The notes beneath the pieces were generated by a model. It made no database searches, had not been told where the DNA came from, and saw only the letters and a list, made by a program, of their open reading frames with translations. Source: Ophelia neglecta (taxonomy: Eukaryota). From it: a stretch of DNA of 64,000 bases. Numbering within the stretch: the stretch's first letter is position 1; each line of letters opens with the position of its first letter. Below, in pieces: positions 14,652 to 27,619 of this stretch. Location: NCBI GenBank assembly GCA_965285935.1, contig OZ260666.1, forward strand, positions 7,688,001 to 7,752,000. The letters run 5' to 3'. Position numbers and translations under genes: made by a program.

Positions 14652-15024
14652 ATACGGGTTGACTCATTTCCTTTTTATGTTGACCTTGCTTTTGCTAATT
14701 TATTCTTTAAAGACGTTTAAGACGGAAAACTTGCGTTTTTTCGGGACTTCCCTTATTGGAATCTTCGAGATTTCCTTGAGAATTTGCTCGACGGGAGATA
14801 CCTTTATTTAACATCATTGGATTGACGCGCACCGCCAAACTGACGCAAGCGCTGACGAAAAAAGACAGTTTATTTATAAATGTCAATTGTGTATCAAACC
14901 GTTATATAATAGGCGAAAAGGTTTTTACCACACCACATAGTACAGAACACGTGTAAAGTTTCTTGATAGCAGCCTCGGTAATAGTTTCATATGCCTCCAC
15001 ACGCAGGTCAGCTGAGTACTCCAC
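14652..15024 (-). pseudogene. Inverted exon 7/intron 7 fragment (second copy)
   Basis: Near-identical to 5745-6117, offset about 8907 bp. Confidence 0.85.
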
Positions 15025-15192
15025 GTTTAATTAAGCCAGTCAAGAGAATGGAAAAAACAGACCACATTAGGCAGGTGAACTTAATAGGCAGATCAGTTAA
15101 TACAGGGTTAAATGGGGATTGGGCTATTATTGAGTGACCTTAGTGGGCAGGTGGCCTTATTATAAAGGTGACCACAAACACAGGTTTCACTG
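15025..15192. mobile_element. One-ended Tc1/mariner-type MITE fragment (second copy)
   Basis: Near-identical to 6118-6285; ends CAGGTTTCACTG|TA. Confidence 0.55.
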
Positions 15193-15555
15193 TACTTTGC
15201 TTGTATTCCTTCTATACCATATTAAACTTTCAAGCTACAATAAAAACACGACAAGTGACACATGTTGATACATGGGAATTTAGACGATATTATTGTTAGT
15301 GGTGTTTCTTGTTATAATTGTGTCGTTATAACAATCGACCAGATACAATGATTTACCTATTTTGCATTCTATTGAAAAGCCCAATGGCAAACGTTATAAA
15401 ATATGAAAATTTAAGCCCTAAAATTCTAGTTGTAAATATCACTTTATGCGAATGTGGTATAGTTTGACCATTATTACCATCTGTCACGAAATTTTATCTA
15501 TATTAACCAGGACTAGTATGAAACGATGCCAATGGTTTCAACGAAAACGTGAAGC

Positions 15556-18500
15556 ATGCTGACATTGAACATAACCGTGGGTGACCCCCCTAAACCATCG
15601 ATATTAGAAATCTTAAAGTGTATACGTCCTGGATGGGACAGGGATACACTTATCATTAGGGTAAGATGGTTTACTATGGATATACGGGAACATAGTAAAG
15701 CAACTTCGTACATAGCTAACACTTGTCCATTGATAATATAACTTCTCACTGGTGATCATTGAGCTTTTATTCTATTTGAATTAAATCGCAAATGGCTTAA
15801 ATGTCGAAATTCATGTATTCGTATTTGACATTTTAGTAAATGAAAATGCTGAATTAATTATTAATGGTCTCCAAACTTTTCATGTTTATTGATATTTGTA
15901 TATTCAGCTCATGGTTAAAACCGAATGATTTTACTTCTCTCTAATTGAAATCTAATCAATTTGCACGCAGATATATGTTGAATGGGTTATTACGCGGCCG
16001 TTATAGTTACGTACATTTATCACAGCATGTGACCAGTGATTTGGTCTGTGTTTAATTGCTATCCTAATCAATATATTTGTTTGCTATCAGGTCTTATTGC
16101 GTATGACAATATGGAGACAATATGAGTTTAGTTTCTACTAAGGATAAACATTTATGTGACCAAGAATTTTATTCGCTCACAATTACCATTTTATTTAATT
16201 TCAAATTGGTTATTTAGGAGCTTAAGGGTGGCAATGTCAACCAAATATACTACTGCGGCCTGGCCAGTGACACAGAAGAGCACGACGTGGTTCTTGTGAA
16301 GCTGTACGGAGATGGTACTGAAGTATGGCTTGACAGGGAAAAGGAAGTGGCAAGCATTGCAGTTGCCATGAAGGCGGGAGTTGCCTTACCTCTATACTGC
16401 AGGTGGGCCACACAAATATCATGATTTCCCTAGAAAGACCAAACAAACTGAGTTTCGTTGTCAAAATGTGTGCTTAAATATCATCAGCAATGATGTTAAG
16501 GTCAACTATAGGTCTGTTTACTCATCCGAATAAAGCAGGGTATGTTAAGTGTTTTAAGCATGTAAAAATGAAATTTTACTTCTGATATTAGAGGATTGGA
16601 GCATGTAGCACTAATCAAAATATCTGGGTTTTTTTTGTTTGCAGGTTTAAAAATGGTTTGGCGTACAAGTTCCATAAAGGGAAGAATGCGAATTCTGACA
16701 ATATTACAGATGAGACGTTTGTCAGGTTGGGACAATAACGTTCATATAGTTATAAATGATCAGGATACCATATAATACATAAGCATTATTGGTTGTAGAA
16801 GACTAGAATGGATGGGCTATTGATTTTGTGGAGTGGTTTAAATATGTTTCTTTTCGTATTGTTTTGAGCGTGCGTTTGTTTGCATGTGTGTTTATTCGAA
16901 CAGTAAAACGCGGCCTTAAAATGAATATAAGCAATAAGTCGGTCAGTGTAGTGCATTCTGCCCGAACCATGACAAGTCAACCCTTACTGGGACTATACTC
17001 AATCCTGTAAAGTTTTTTTTCCAGGGCTGTAGCAAAGAAGCTAGCAGCTTTGCATCACTATCCACCTGACATGGCTACGGCTGGTTTTGGAAGCAGCATG
17101 AATCTCAACAAAGTTCCTATTATTCTAACCATCATAGATATGGTAAAGAAATGGCCTACCTTCAAGGACTCCTACGACGACCCGTTCAAAGAAAAAGTGT
17201 GAGAATGAATTTTCATTTATCATTCAATGAGAAATATAATATTCGCATTTATCAGTGAATTGAACTCACTTTCGCCTTGTCGTCTTTGAGTTCGGATACT
17301 GCATGTTAAGATCGTATAAATTTAGATTTTATTTTATCTTGATCTCATGATCCCAGTTATCTTTTCCGTATGAAAAAAAGGTTCATATATATATAAATCT
17401 GCTCTTTGCTCCTTATTTCAAAGTCGGTTCATGGAGTTTCCAAGCAAGGCCGATGCGATTAAGCTGCTAGAACTGTACGGTAAGGAGCTAGTAGAGATGG
17501 GTTTTCCTACCTGTTTTTGTCATAGTGATCCTCACGCTACAAACATCATCTACGACTCTAATGCAGGTAACGTTAGTCTATCAAACAGCACGAATGTAAG
17601 GGGCTCTCATATTAATCAGAAAGGACCTTACTTATATGAAACCCGCTTAATCAAACATAGTAGCGAACGCATCAAGCATATGTTACAGCCTTAAGGAAGA
17701 ATACCGATAAGACTAAATATGGCACTTAACCGGACAAGCTATAAGTTTGCAGCATGGGACGTAAAACTTACCAGTACTGGCGGTTTGATTATTATGCTTT
17801 ATTCATACTGTCTCATGATGAAAAATAAAAGATTCAAAGCGCTAAATCTGAAGAAAAAAATCAATACAAAAAACGATCGGTAACAGTTAAAGCTCACCGT
17901 TGAATGTTTGTTTGTTTAGGCGAGATACACTTGATTGACTGGGAGTTCTCTGGTATTGACTATGCAGCACACGATATCGGCTGGTATTTTGCTGGAAGGA
18001 TATGTACGTTATGTCTGGCTAGCATCGATGTGTCTTAAGTTTCAATTAAAAAGGCATTTGGTTTGCGGTTTATTTGTGTTTTGCTCAATTGTGTATATTC
18101 GCGATTTTCTTGAATAAATTAATTGTTTTGGAAAATTTACCTGTGTTTGAAGTCAATCTATTTCGAAATATCTTATACTTGACTTATCTTTCTCCAGTGG
18201 TTGACGACTGTGCAGACGACGCCTTGAAGTTTTATCCAGACAAGGCGTACCAGTATAAATGGATACGATGGTACCTGGAGTACTCAGCCGAACTGCGTGG
18301 GGAGGCACATGAAACTGTCACCGAGGCTACTATTAACAAACTTTACAAGGGTTCTTTACTATGTGCTTTGGTAAAATCATATTATATAATGGGTTTATTT
18401 ACATTTGACATTAATTAAAGCACTGTTTTTCGTCAGCGCTCGCGTTGGTTTGGCAGTGCGAGTCAAATCTATTTATGTAAAAAAAAGGTATCTCCCGTCG

Positions 18501-19454
18501 CGCAATTCTCAAGGAAATCTACAAGAGGTCACCAAAACGAGAATGTCCTGAATTATTTCCCGTATTTAATGTCTTTAAAGGATTAGATAACTAGTAGAAG
18601 CAACGTCAATATTGAAGGTTAATGTATCAACCCGCGTCACCAATAGAGAAAAGTCTATGCACGGTTTTACAGTTTCGAGGTTAAAAAGACAGCAAATTGA
18701 CCGGTACTGCTTGACCGTAATCACGAGTGGAGTTCAATAAAACATCGTGTTTATGATCAGATTAAATAGGTGGAAAGCTTTTAGCAGTTAGGTGTAGGAT
18801 TTAACCAATAAGATATCAATTTGAAATGCGTCTTAAACATTGGTATATTGCATTTATCAATCAGGATACTGTAGTTAAATTGGGGTATTCATAAATTTCA
18901 TTTTTTTACAGATAAGAAGTGTAGCGGGTGTTGTATTTTTTCGTTTTCATGACGCAATGACACCTTCCAACGCTAATTATTTCAGGTGGGTGCCGTTTAT
19001 ATTCAATATGTTTTAAAAACCGCTGACACAAGCAAACTTCTATTTAACGCCTTATATCTACTTAAGAACGACTCTCGATTAAAATAAAATATTGGGTGAA
19101 GGGATGGGGGGGGGGATTAGTAGACAATGGGCCGTATTTCTTTTCGTACAAGAATAATAGCCAATTGACGGATAATTTTAGTAAAGCAAAAATAAAGACG
19201 GGAATCAAAATTGTGCGGAAAAAAGGAAGACCCGAATTGGCTATGGAGCGAACCGACCCTGTTTACATACATATATTGATTGGGCATCGTTCGAATTTTT
19301 AATGGACATCAATAGTATTTATTTCGATCAATTTACTTGTGTCCCTTTGTTATGTTATTTTCCATATGTCTTAATGAATACATTTATTTTCAGAAAAGCT
19401 AGGCAATTTCAACGACTCTGTCGTGTTATCAACGATGAACATTATCAAAAGTAA
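15556..19454 (+). CDS. Ethanolamine/choline kinase-like gene, copy 3 (subfamily A, about 359 aa). Exons 15556-15660, 16218-16402, 16645-16725, 17025-17198, 17424-17566, 17920-18003, 18198-18370, 18912-18985, 19394-19454
   Basis: Spliced length 1080 nt, open; same exon phases and motifs as copy 2. Confidence 0.9.
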
Positions 19455-21587
19455 ATTAGAAATGCGCCTGTTAGAACTTGCAGATACATTGTTCTGGAGA
19501 TTGATATTAAAATATCACTGTTGCTCTTTTAGGCGCCAACCTTTATACGGATAGGCCATATTCAATATAAAATGGCAAGTAAATAATCAATGAGCCTATT
19601 TATACATATAATCACATTTAACTTCCGTAAAATAGATATTACTCCAAAACCATTTGAGTCGAGCAGTTTCCGGAAGATTCTTTCCTGATTCAGTAAGCTT
19701 TTACAGTATACATTGCTTTGTGAACATATCAATAAATGTCATATTTCTGGTCATAACGGCTATGCCTTCATATAAATATAAAACAAAGAGACGTTCCATT
19801 TATATATGAAAGACTTACAGTTTGAAATTGGATATGTAATACAGTGGCCAAGAATGTTACAGCAAGTATTTCCTGTCTTGAATAGCTAGCAATGGTAGTA
19901 TAACTTCATTATGTAATGTAGTAATGTGATTATTTCTATATTTCTAACGCTTCACAATATATATTTGTTTGCCCTCTTGTGTTATTTTAAACGACGACAG
20001 ACCAACTTGCACGAGTTGGTTGCCAGGACCTTCTGTAATCTTTACCTGTTAAGTACTCTGATTTGTTTTTTCTGCATTTTAACCCACTGTGGTAATTGTG
20101 TTTATATGTAATAAATGATGTTAGAATACTGTTGCTAATCGGTAGATCAGCCCAATTAGTTCGAAGGATAAAAATACCCTTTATTATAAGAGTGAATATG
20201 TATATTATTGTTTTTATTATCAGCTTTTTGGAGTTTGGAGTGCTTTGTATTACAGCAGACATTATGATTAAGCTTCCTGATATAAGAATAATATACGAGT
20301 TGTAAGATCAAGGTTTTCCTTCCAAGTTGTTTGATTTAACCGGTACTTTGGCTTATAACGATTAAATATATGAAATGCGTTTTATAAAATATGGTATGGT
20401 ATGGTAAGAAATTGTATTTATTTAGACAAATTTTTACATAGATATAGGCAGGTAGGTACAACAAATATTTGAGGTTAGTACTGTATATATACATTATTTA
20501 TGGTATATTTACACTACTTATATGACAAGGAGACTCCCATTAAGTTCCGCGAGGAACGCTATCATAAGAACCACCTGATAAAATGACAAGACTGTGAGAA
20601 ATACTCAATGGCTCTTGTCTGCTTTGTTATATATCGTTATTAAAGAACAATGTTTCTACGACATATAAAGATAGTGCGAAATGTATGATGCACGCCATGT
20701 GTATATACTGCATGTACAGAGAAAAGACAGCTTATTATAATTATCTTAAAAAAACGGAGTGGATACCCTGCAGTCAAAGCCATATCATTAGTCACGAATA
20801 GTCCATTTAATCGGTCCAAATGATTAGAAACCAGCAGCCACAGTTCACACATCAAAAGATCGATCTCCAACTCTCAGCTGGTTAATGAAAACATAAATTT
20901 GATATAGTTTGCAAGTAGTCACCAATTTTCTATGATGCGGGTCAGAAAACAAAACAAACCAGTCGGTGTTCGACGTAGGACATAGATGAAATATGCTCAT
21001 GGAGAGTATACGAGGATCTACGTTTTCTCAAAATATTGAATCTAATGATTAAATTGTCTCAAAACACGGGTCCCTATCAAATAAAGTGAGGGGGAAATAT
21101 AGAAACGACGAGAGATATTAATGTTTACTATATTTATTTCAATCGGACACCTAGCTTCCACCAACTTTGAATTATTTGTGAAGCCATCTATGCAAAGCGG
21201 TACTAGACAATAAATTACAGGGAAATGGTCAATTGTGTTTATTTTTGAGTCATACTTCATATTTCATGGTTTTTGCTTAAGGTTGAAACATTTAGATACA
21301 TTGTTTGTCAACAATAATTGACATAGGTCTTTTGTTTGTGATCTATTAGATGACTAAATATGTCGTTTTTACCCTTGATCAATAATTATGCTTGGTTTAT
21401 TGCCTTGCTATCGATTATCTACGAGTATGACCTTTGATCATGGAACTTTGATTCATAATATCATATTTGTAAAAAATAGAAGTTTGATCAATATTATATA
21501 TATTCAGTTTGCAAGCATCAGGTGCCATCATTGCCTAACCCGTGGCGGCAAATTTACCAATATGTCATTCAATATAAAGCCCAAAGT

Positions 21588-21670
21588 ATGAAGGGCATAA
21601 AAGTGATGAGCCGCCTAAGCCAACGTTAAAAAACAATCTTGTAACACACACGATCCGGGTGGCTCCTCTA
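21588..21670 (+). pseudogene. Degenerate exon-1 relic
   Basis: atgaagggcataaaagtgatgagccgcctaagcca; deletions and a frameshift relative to exon 1. Confidence 0.65.
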
Positions 21671-23297
21671 ATAATAATGCGAAGATTGCATGCAAGTTCT
21701 AGGACAAAATTGGTGTATTTCGGATATGTCACCAAATATTCATATATATGTTCCCGATCATGTTTCTTGTCCGCGTCTTAAAGAAGTTGCAACTCGACTA
21801 AATCGACAAAACTGAACACAGATACTAGGGATGTTTAAGTCGTGGGCACAGTCGCCATTTGTGTCAAATTGAATGTGCAAAGTATGGGTTTTAGTGGATG
21901 TTGTGTTGTGATCATAAATAATCCTGTGACTAAACTCTATGTTGTGTTAGACCGTGAAACAACATGTTTCAAAGATCGTCAAAGGCGCCAATATTCGTCT
22001 GCTCAGCATTCTATGTATACAACAGTTTCTATCTCAGGATGCTGCCAGACAAGCTGGGTGTTCCAGTTTGGTCATGTCTTGACTATTGTTATAATCTTCT
22101 TGCTTGCCTCCCAAACAACAACGCCATTTACTAGAATACAGCTTGTCCAAAATACGGCGAACATACCACTGAAAAACAATTCACAGCACTAAAATATCCC
22201 AAATCACGAAAACTATGTTTGTCTCCACTAAACACATATGGCCGATCGTTGTCTAATTAATTTATTCCTCATCGTTTTCAGTTTAAAATATTTAAATGCA
22301 TTTAATGAGCTGCAGGGTATTACTTGATTCCACTACATTTATTTAATTAATATTAACACATTAATGGCACATTTTAAACGGTGATGTGGACGATTTTGTC
22401 CTTCAAAACGAAAGTTGAGCTAATGAATTACATATTGTCGTGCCAAAATACTATATACATTTTAAGCAGACTTACACAAATCGTTTGCAACATATTACTT
22501 CCTCACTAATATAGGTGACTAATGTCATATCACATCTATGTATGATTAAGAGTGAAACGTCCCAATATACTTGTCATTTCATATATCAGAATAACACTTT
22601 TGATAAACTTTAAATACACCGAATCTAGTAAGTAAGTCTATCAAGTAATTGAATGCGTACATCCAGGTGAGCCGCTAGGTATCATAGAAAATTATGTCTA
22701 CTTGTTTATATTTATTCAAACTATGGAAACGTCATTAAGCTCCTCGTAAATAACAAAGAATTGTATTCCTCGTTACCGAAGCGTGGAACAACCTTCATAA
22801 TAATTATTCTGAAAATCAAGACTACATAAACTGCAATGTGTCATAAATATAAGCCGTATCTACTAGTTTAGTGGTTAATATTTCAGCTACATTGTCCACG
22901 GGAAATTTTTGTGTAGTTTGTAATTTACTAGCTGGATAATTATGTCGTTATAGCATTTGATCAATAATTCGCCTTCACTGAATTGTGAAACCATTCAAAA
23001 GCACCGATTTTGACATTCAAATATAATTTTAATCAATGGTAATGGAAATGTGTGCGCTGTTTGTGGCTTAGCTGTTGAATAAATCTGTCGTTATGATATT
23101 TGTAAATTATCTATGTTTTAATAAATTGTCATCCTGCTAAAAAAATTGGTGTCTGGCATTAACTAGTTGTGAACTAGTATTATTTGTCAACATTATATGA
23201 ATAGATCGCAATAACCATCTGATTCAATTTAAGCCTCCTTTGCCCAACCCTCGTCTGCAAGGAAATAATTATATTGTGTCATAGATAAGCGTGAAGT

Positions 23298-23402
23298 ATG
23301 GAACGATTGGATATAACAGTGGGGGAGCCGCCAAAACCATCGATATTAGATATTTTAAAATGCATACGACCCGACTGGGACAGAGATGAGCTGATTATTA
23401 AG
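23298..23402 (+). other. Orphan or alternative first coding exon of the subfamily-B kinase (identical to 27620-27724)
   Basis: MERLDITVGEPPKPSILDILKCIRPDWDRDELIIK|GTAAGG with an intact donor; no exon 2 occurs before the next exon 1. Confidence 0.85.
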
Positions 23403-25910
23403 GTAAGGCGGCATTTTATGAATATGATGATACTAACAAGAGTGCAGAAACGTATCGAGCATAGTCAATAAATCATTTATGTGTTAATAAATGAAATTTA
23501 CGATTATATAGTTGGCTTAGCTAATCTTGATATTTGGTGAAGTGATTTGTCTTGAACATATTAAAGCGAAAGTTCCGCTGCACATCCACACAGGAACAGT
23601 TACACTGATGTACTAGTAATTAGTTTTTGTCAATGCCTCAAATGATATCTTATTATCTGCAACAATTATATCTTATCATCTGCATCATGTCTGTTATAAG
23701 CCTATTAACAATAATAGAACTGAACGACAATATGTGTGGTGTTTCAGGGGAAAGTTGTAGAGTACCCCCCCCCCCCCACCCCACCCCAACACAAACTTAT
23801 TGTTCAATGAAATATAATTTTACTCATAGCCGAAATAGCGAAATTGAAGCCTTTTTGGACGTACTGGAAAAGGATTATTTATTCATTACAATTAATATCT
23901 CATGTAGTATCACAACAATCACAGTAAAAGTCCAGCAGCCTGGGTGAAATACAACTTTGTAGACACAAAAGTTGAATAATGCCACACACAAGTGTGAAGT
24001 TTCTTTCCTGATTCAGTAAGCTTTTACAGTATACATTGCTTTGTGAACATATCAATAAATGTCATATTTCTGGTCATAACGGCTATGCCTTCATATAAAT
24101 ATAAAACAAAGAGACGTTCCATTTATATATGAAAGACTTACAGTTTGAAATTGGATATGTAATACAGTGGCCAAGAATGTTACAGCAAGTATTTCCTGTC
24201 TTGAATAGCTAGCAATGGTAGTATAACTTCATTATGTAATGTAGTAATGTGATTATTTCTATATTTCTAACGCTTCACAATATATATTTGTTTGCCCTCT
24301 TGTGTTATTTTAAACGACGACAGACCAACTTGCACGAGTTGGTTGCCAGGACCTTCTGTAATGTTTACCTGTTAAGTACTCTGATTTGTTTTTTCTGCAT
24401 TTTAACCCACTGTGGTAATTGTGTTTATATGTAATAAATGATGTTAGAATACTGTTGCTAATCGGTAGATCAGCCCAATTAGTTCGAAGGATAAAAATAC
24501 CCTTTATTATAAGAGTGAATATGTATATTATTGTTTTTATTATCAGCTTTTTGGAGTTTGGAGTGCTTTGTATTACAGCAGACATTATGATTAAGCTTCC
24601 TGATATAAGAATAATATACGAGTTGTAAGATCAAGGTTTTCCTTCCAAGTTGTTTGATTTAACCGGTACTTTGGCTTATAACGATTAAATATATGAAATG
24701 CGTTTTATAAAATATGGTATGGTATGGTAAGAAATTGTATTTATTTAGACAAATTTTTACATAGATATAGGCAGGTAAGTACAACAAATATTTGAGGTTA
24801 GTACTGTATATATTCATTATTTATGGTATATTTACACTACTTATATGACAAGGAGACTCCCATTAAGTTCCGCGAGGAACGCTATCATAAGAACCATCTG
24901 ATAAAATGACAAGACTGTGAGAAATACTCAATGGCTCTTGTCTGCTTTGTTATATATCGTTATTAAAGAACAATGGTTCTAAGACATATGAAGATAGTGC
25001 GAAATGTATGATGCACGCCATGTGTATATACTGCATGTACAGAGAAAAGACAGCTTATTATAATTATCTTAAAAAAACGGAGTGGATACCCTGCAGTCAA
25101 AGCCATATCATTAGTCACGAATAGTCCATTTAATCGGTCCAAATGATTAGAAACCAGCAGCCACAGTTCACACATCAATAGATCGATCTCCAACTCTCAG
25201 CTGGTTAATGAAAACATAAATTTGATATAGTTTGCAAGTAGTCACCAATTTTCTATGATGCGGGTCAGAAAAGAAAACAAACCAGTCAGTGTTCGACGTA
25301 GGACATAGATGAAATATGCTCATGGAGAGTATACGAGGATCTACGTTTTCTCAAAATATTGAATCTAATGATTAAATTGTCTCAAAACACGGGTCCCTAT
25401 CAAATAAAGTGAGGGGGAAATATAGAAACGACGAGAGATATTAATGTTTACTATATTTATTTCAATCGGACACCTAGCTTCCACCAACTTTGAATTATTT
25501 GTGAAGCCATCTATGCAAAGCGGTACTAGACAATAAATTACAGGGAAATGGTCAATTGTGTTTATTTTTGAGTCATACTTCATATTTCATGGTTTTTGCT
25601 TAAGGTTGAAACATTTAGATACATTGTTTGTCAACAATAATTGACATAGGTCTTTTGTTTGTGATCTATTAGATGACTAAATATGTCGTTTTTACCCTTG
25701 ATCAATAATTATGCTTGGTTTATTGCCTTGCTATCGATTATCTACGAGTATGACCTTTGATCATGGAACTTTGATTCATAATATCATATTTGTAAAAAAT
25801 AGAAGTTTGATCAATATTATATATATTCAGTTTGCAAGCATCAGGTGCCATCATTGCCTAACCCGTGGCGGCAAATTTACCAATATGTCATTCAATATAA
25901 AGCCCAAAGT

Positions 25911-25993
25911 ATGAAGGGCATAAAAGTGATGAGCCGCCTAAGCCAACGTTAAAAAACAATCTTGTAACACACACAATCCGGGTGGCTCCTCTA
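25911..25993 (+). pseudogene. Degenerate exon-1 relic (duplicate of 21588)
   Basis: Same sequence as 21588-21670, inside the second duplication unit. Confidence 0.65.
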
Positions 25994-27619
25994 ATAATAA
26001 TGCGAAGATTGCATGCAAGTTCTAGGACAAAATTGGTGTATTTCGGATATGTCACTAAATATTCATATATATGTTCCCGATCATGTTTCTTGTCCGCGTC
26101 TTAAAGAAGTTGCAACTCGACTAAATCGACAAAACTGAACACAGATACTAGGGATGTTTAAGTCGTGGGCACAGTCGCCATTTGTGTCAAATTGAATGTG
26201 CAAAGTATGGGTTTTAGTGGATGTTGTGTTGTGATCATAAATAATCCTGTGACTAAACTCTATGTTGTGTTAGACCGTGAAACAACATGTTTCAAAGATC
26301 GTCAAAGGCGCCAATATTCGTCTGCTCAGCATTCTATGTATACAACAGTTTCTATCTTAGGATGCTGCCAGACAAGCTGGGTGTTCCAGTTTGGTCATGT
26401 CTTGACTATTGTTATAATCTTCTTGCTTGCCTCCCAAACAACAACGCCATTTACTAGAATACAGCTTGTCCAAAATACGGCGAACATACCACTGAAAAAC
26501 AATTCACAGCACTAAAATATCCCAAATCACGAAAACTATGTTTGTCTCCACTAAACACATATGGCCGATCGTTGTCTAATTAATTTATTCCTCATCGTTT
26601 TCAGTTTAAAATATTTAAATACATTTAATGAGCTGCAGGTATTACTTGATTCCACTACATTTATTTAATTAATATTAACACATTAATGGCACATTTTAAA
26701 CGGTGATGTGGACGATTTTGTCCTTCAAAACGAAAGTTGAGCTAATGAATTACATATTGTCGTGCCAAAATACTATATACATTTTAAGCAGACTTACACA
26801 AATCGTTTGCAACATATTACTTCCTCACTAATATAGGTGACTAATGTCATATCACATCTATGTATGATTAAGAGTGAAACGTCCCAATATACTTGTCATT
26901 TCATATATCAGAATAACACTTTTGATAAACTTTAAATACACCGAATCTAGTAAGTAAGTCTATCAAGTAATTGAATGCGTACATCCAGGTGAGCCGCTAG
27001 GTATCATAGAAAATTATGTCTACTTGTTTATATTTATTCAAACTATGGAAACGTCATTAAGCTCCTCGTAAATAACAAAGAATTGTATTCCTCGTTACCG
27101 AAGCGTGGAACAACCTTCATAATAATTATTCTGAAAATCAAGACTACATAAACTGCAATGTGTCATAAATATAAGCCGTATCTACTAGTTTAGTGGTTAA
27201 TATTTCAGCTACATTGTCCACGGGAAATTTTTGTGTAGTTTGTAATTTACTAGCTGGATAATTATGTCGTTATAGCATTTGATCAATAATTCGCCTTCAC
27301 TGAATTGTGAAACCATTCAAAAGCACCGATTTTGACATTCAAATATAATTTTAATCAATGGTAATGGAAATGTGTGCGCTGTTTGTGGCTTAGCTGTTGA
27401 ATAAATCTGTCGTTATGATATTTGTAAATTATCTATGTTTTAATAAATTGTCATCCTGCTAAAAAAATTGGTGTCTGGCATTAACTAGTTGTGAACTAGT
27501 ATTATTTGTCAACATTATATGAATAGATCGCAATAACCATCTGATTCAATTTAAGCCTCCTTTGCCCAACCCTCGTCTGCAAGGAAATAATTATATTGTG
27601 TCATAGATAAGCGTGAAGT

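Noticed and set aside
931-18117. 60-aa ORFs MTGSSLVLTMQH...
   Set aside because: Off-frame reading of kinase exon 6 running into the intron, from a TTG start.
4851-26515. Recurrent Cys-rich spacer ORFs (MGFSGCCVVIINNP..., at 4851, 13755, 21842, 26165)
   Set aside because: Recurrence is explained by recent DNA duplication; starts differ and a 1-nt indel changes frame between copies; no recognisable domain.
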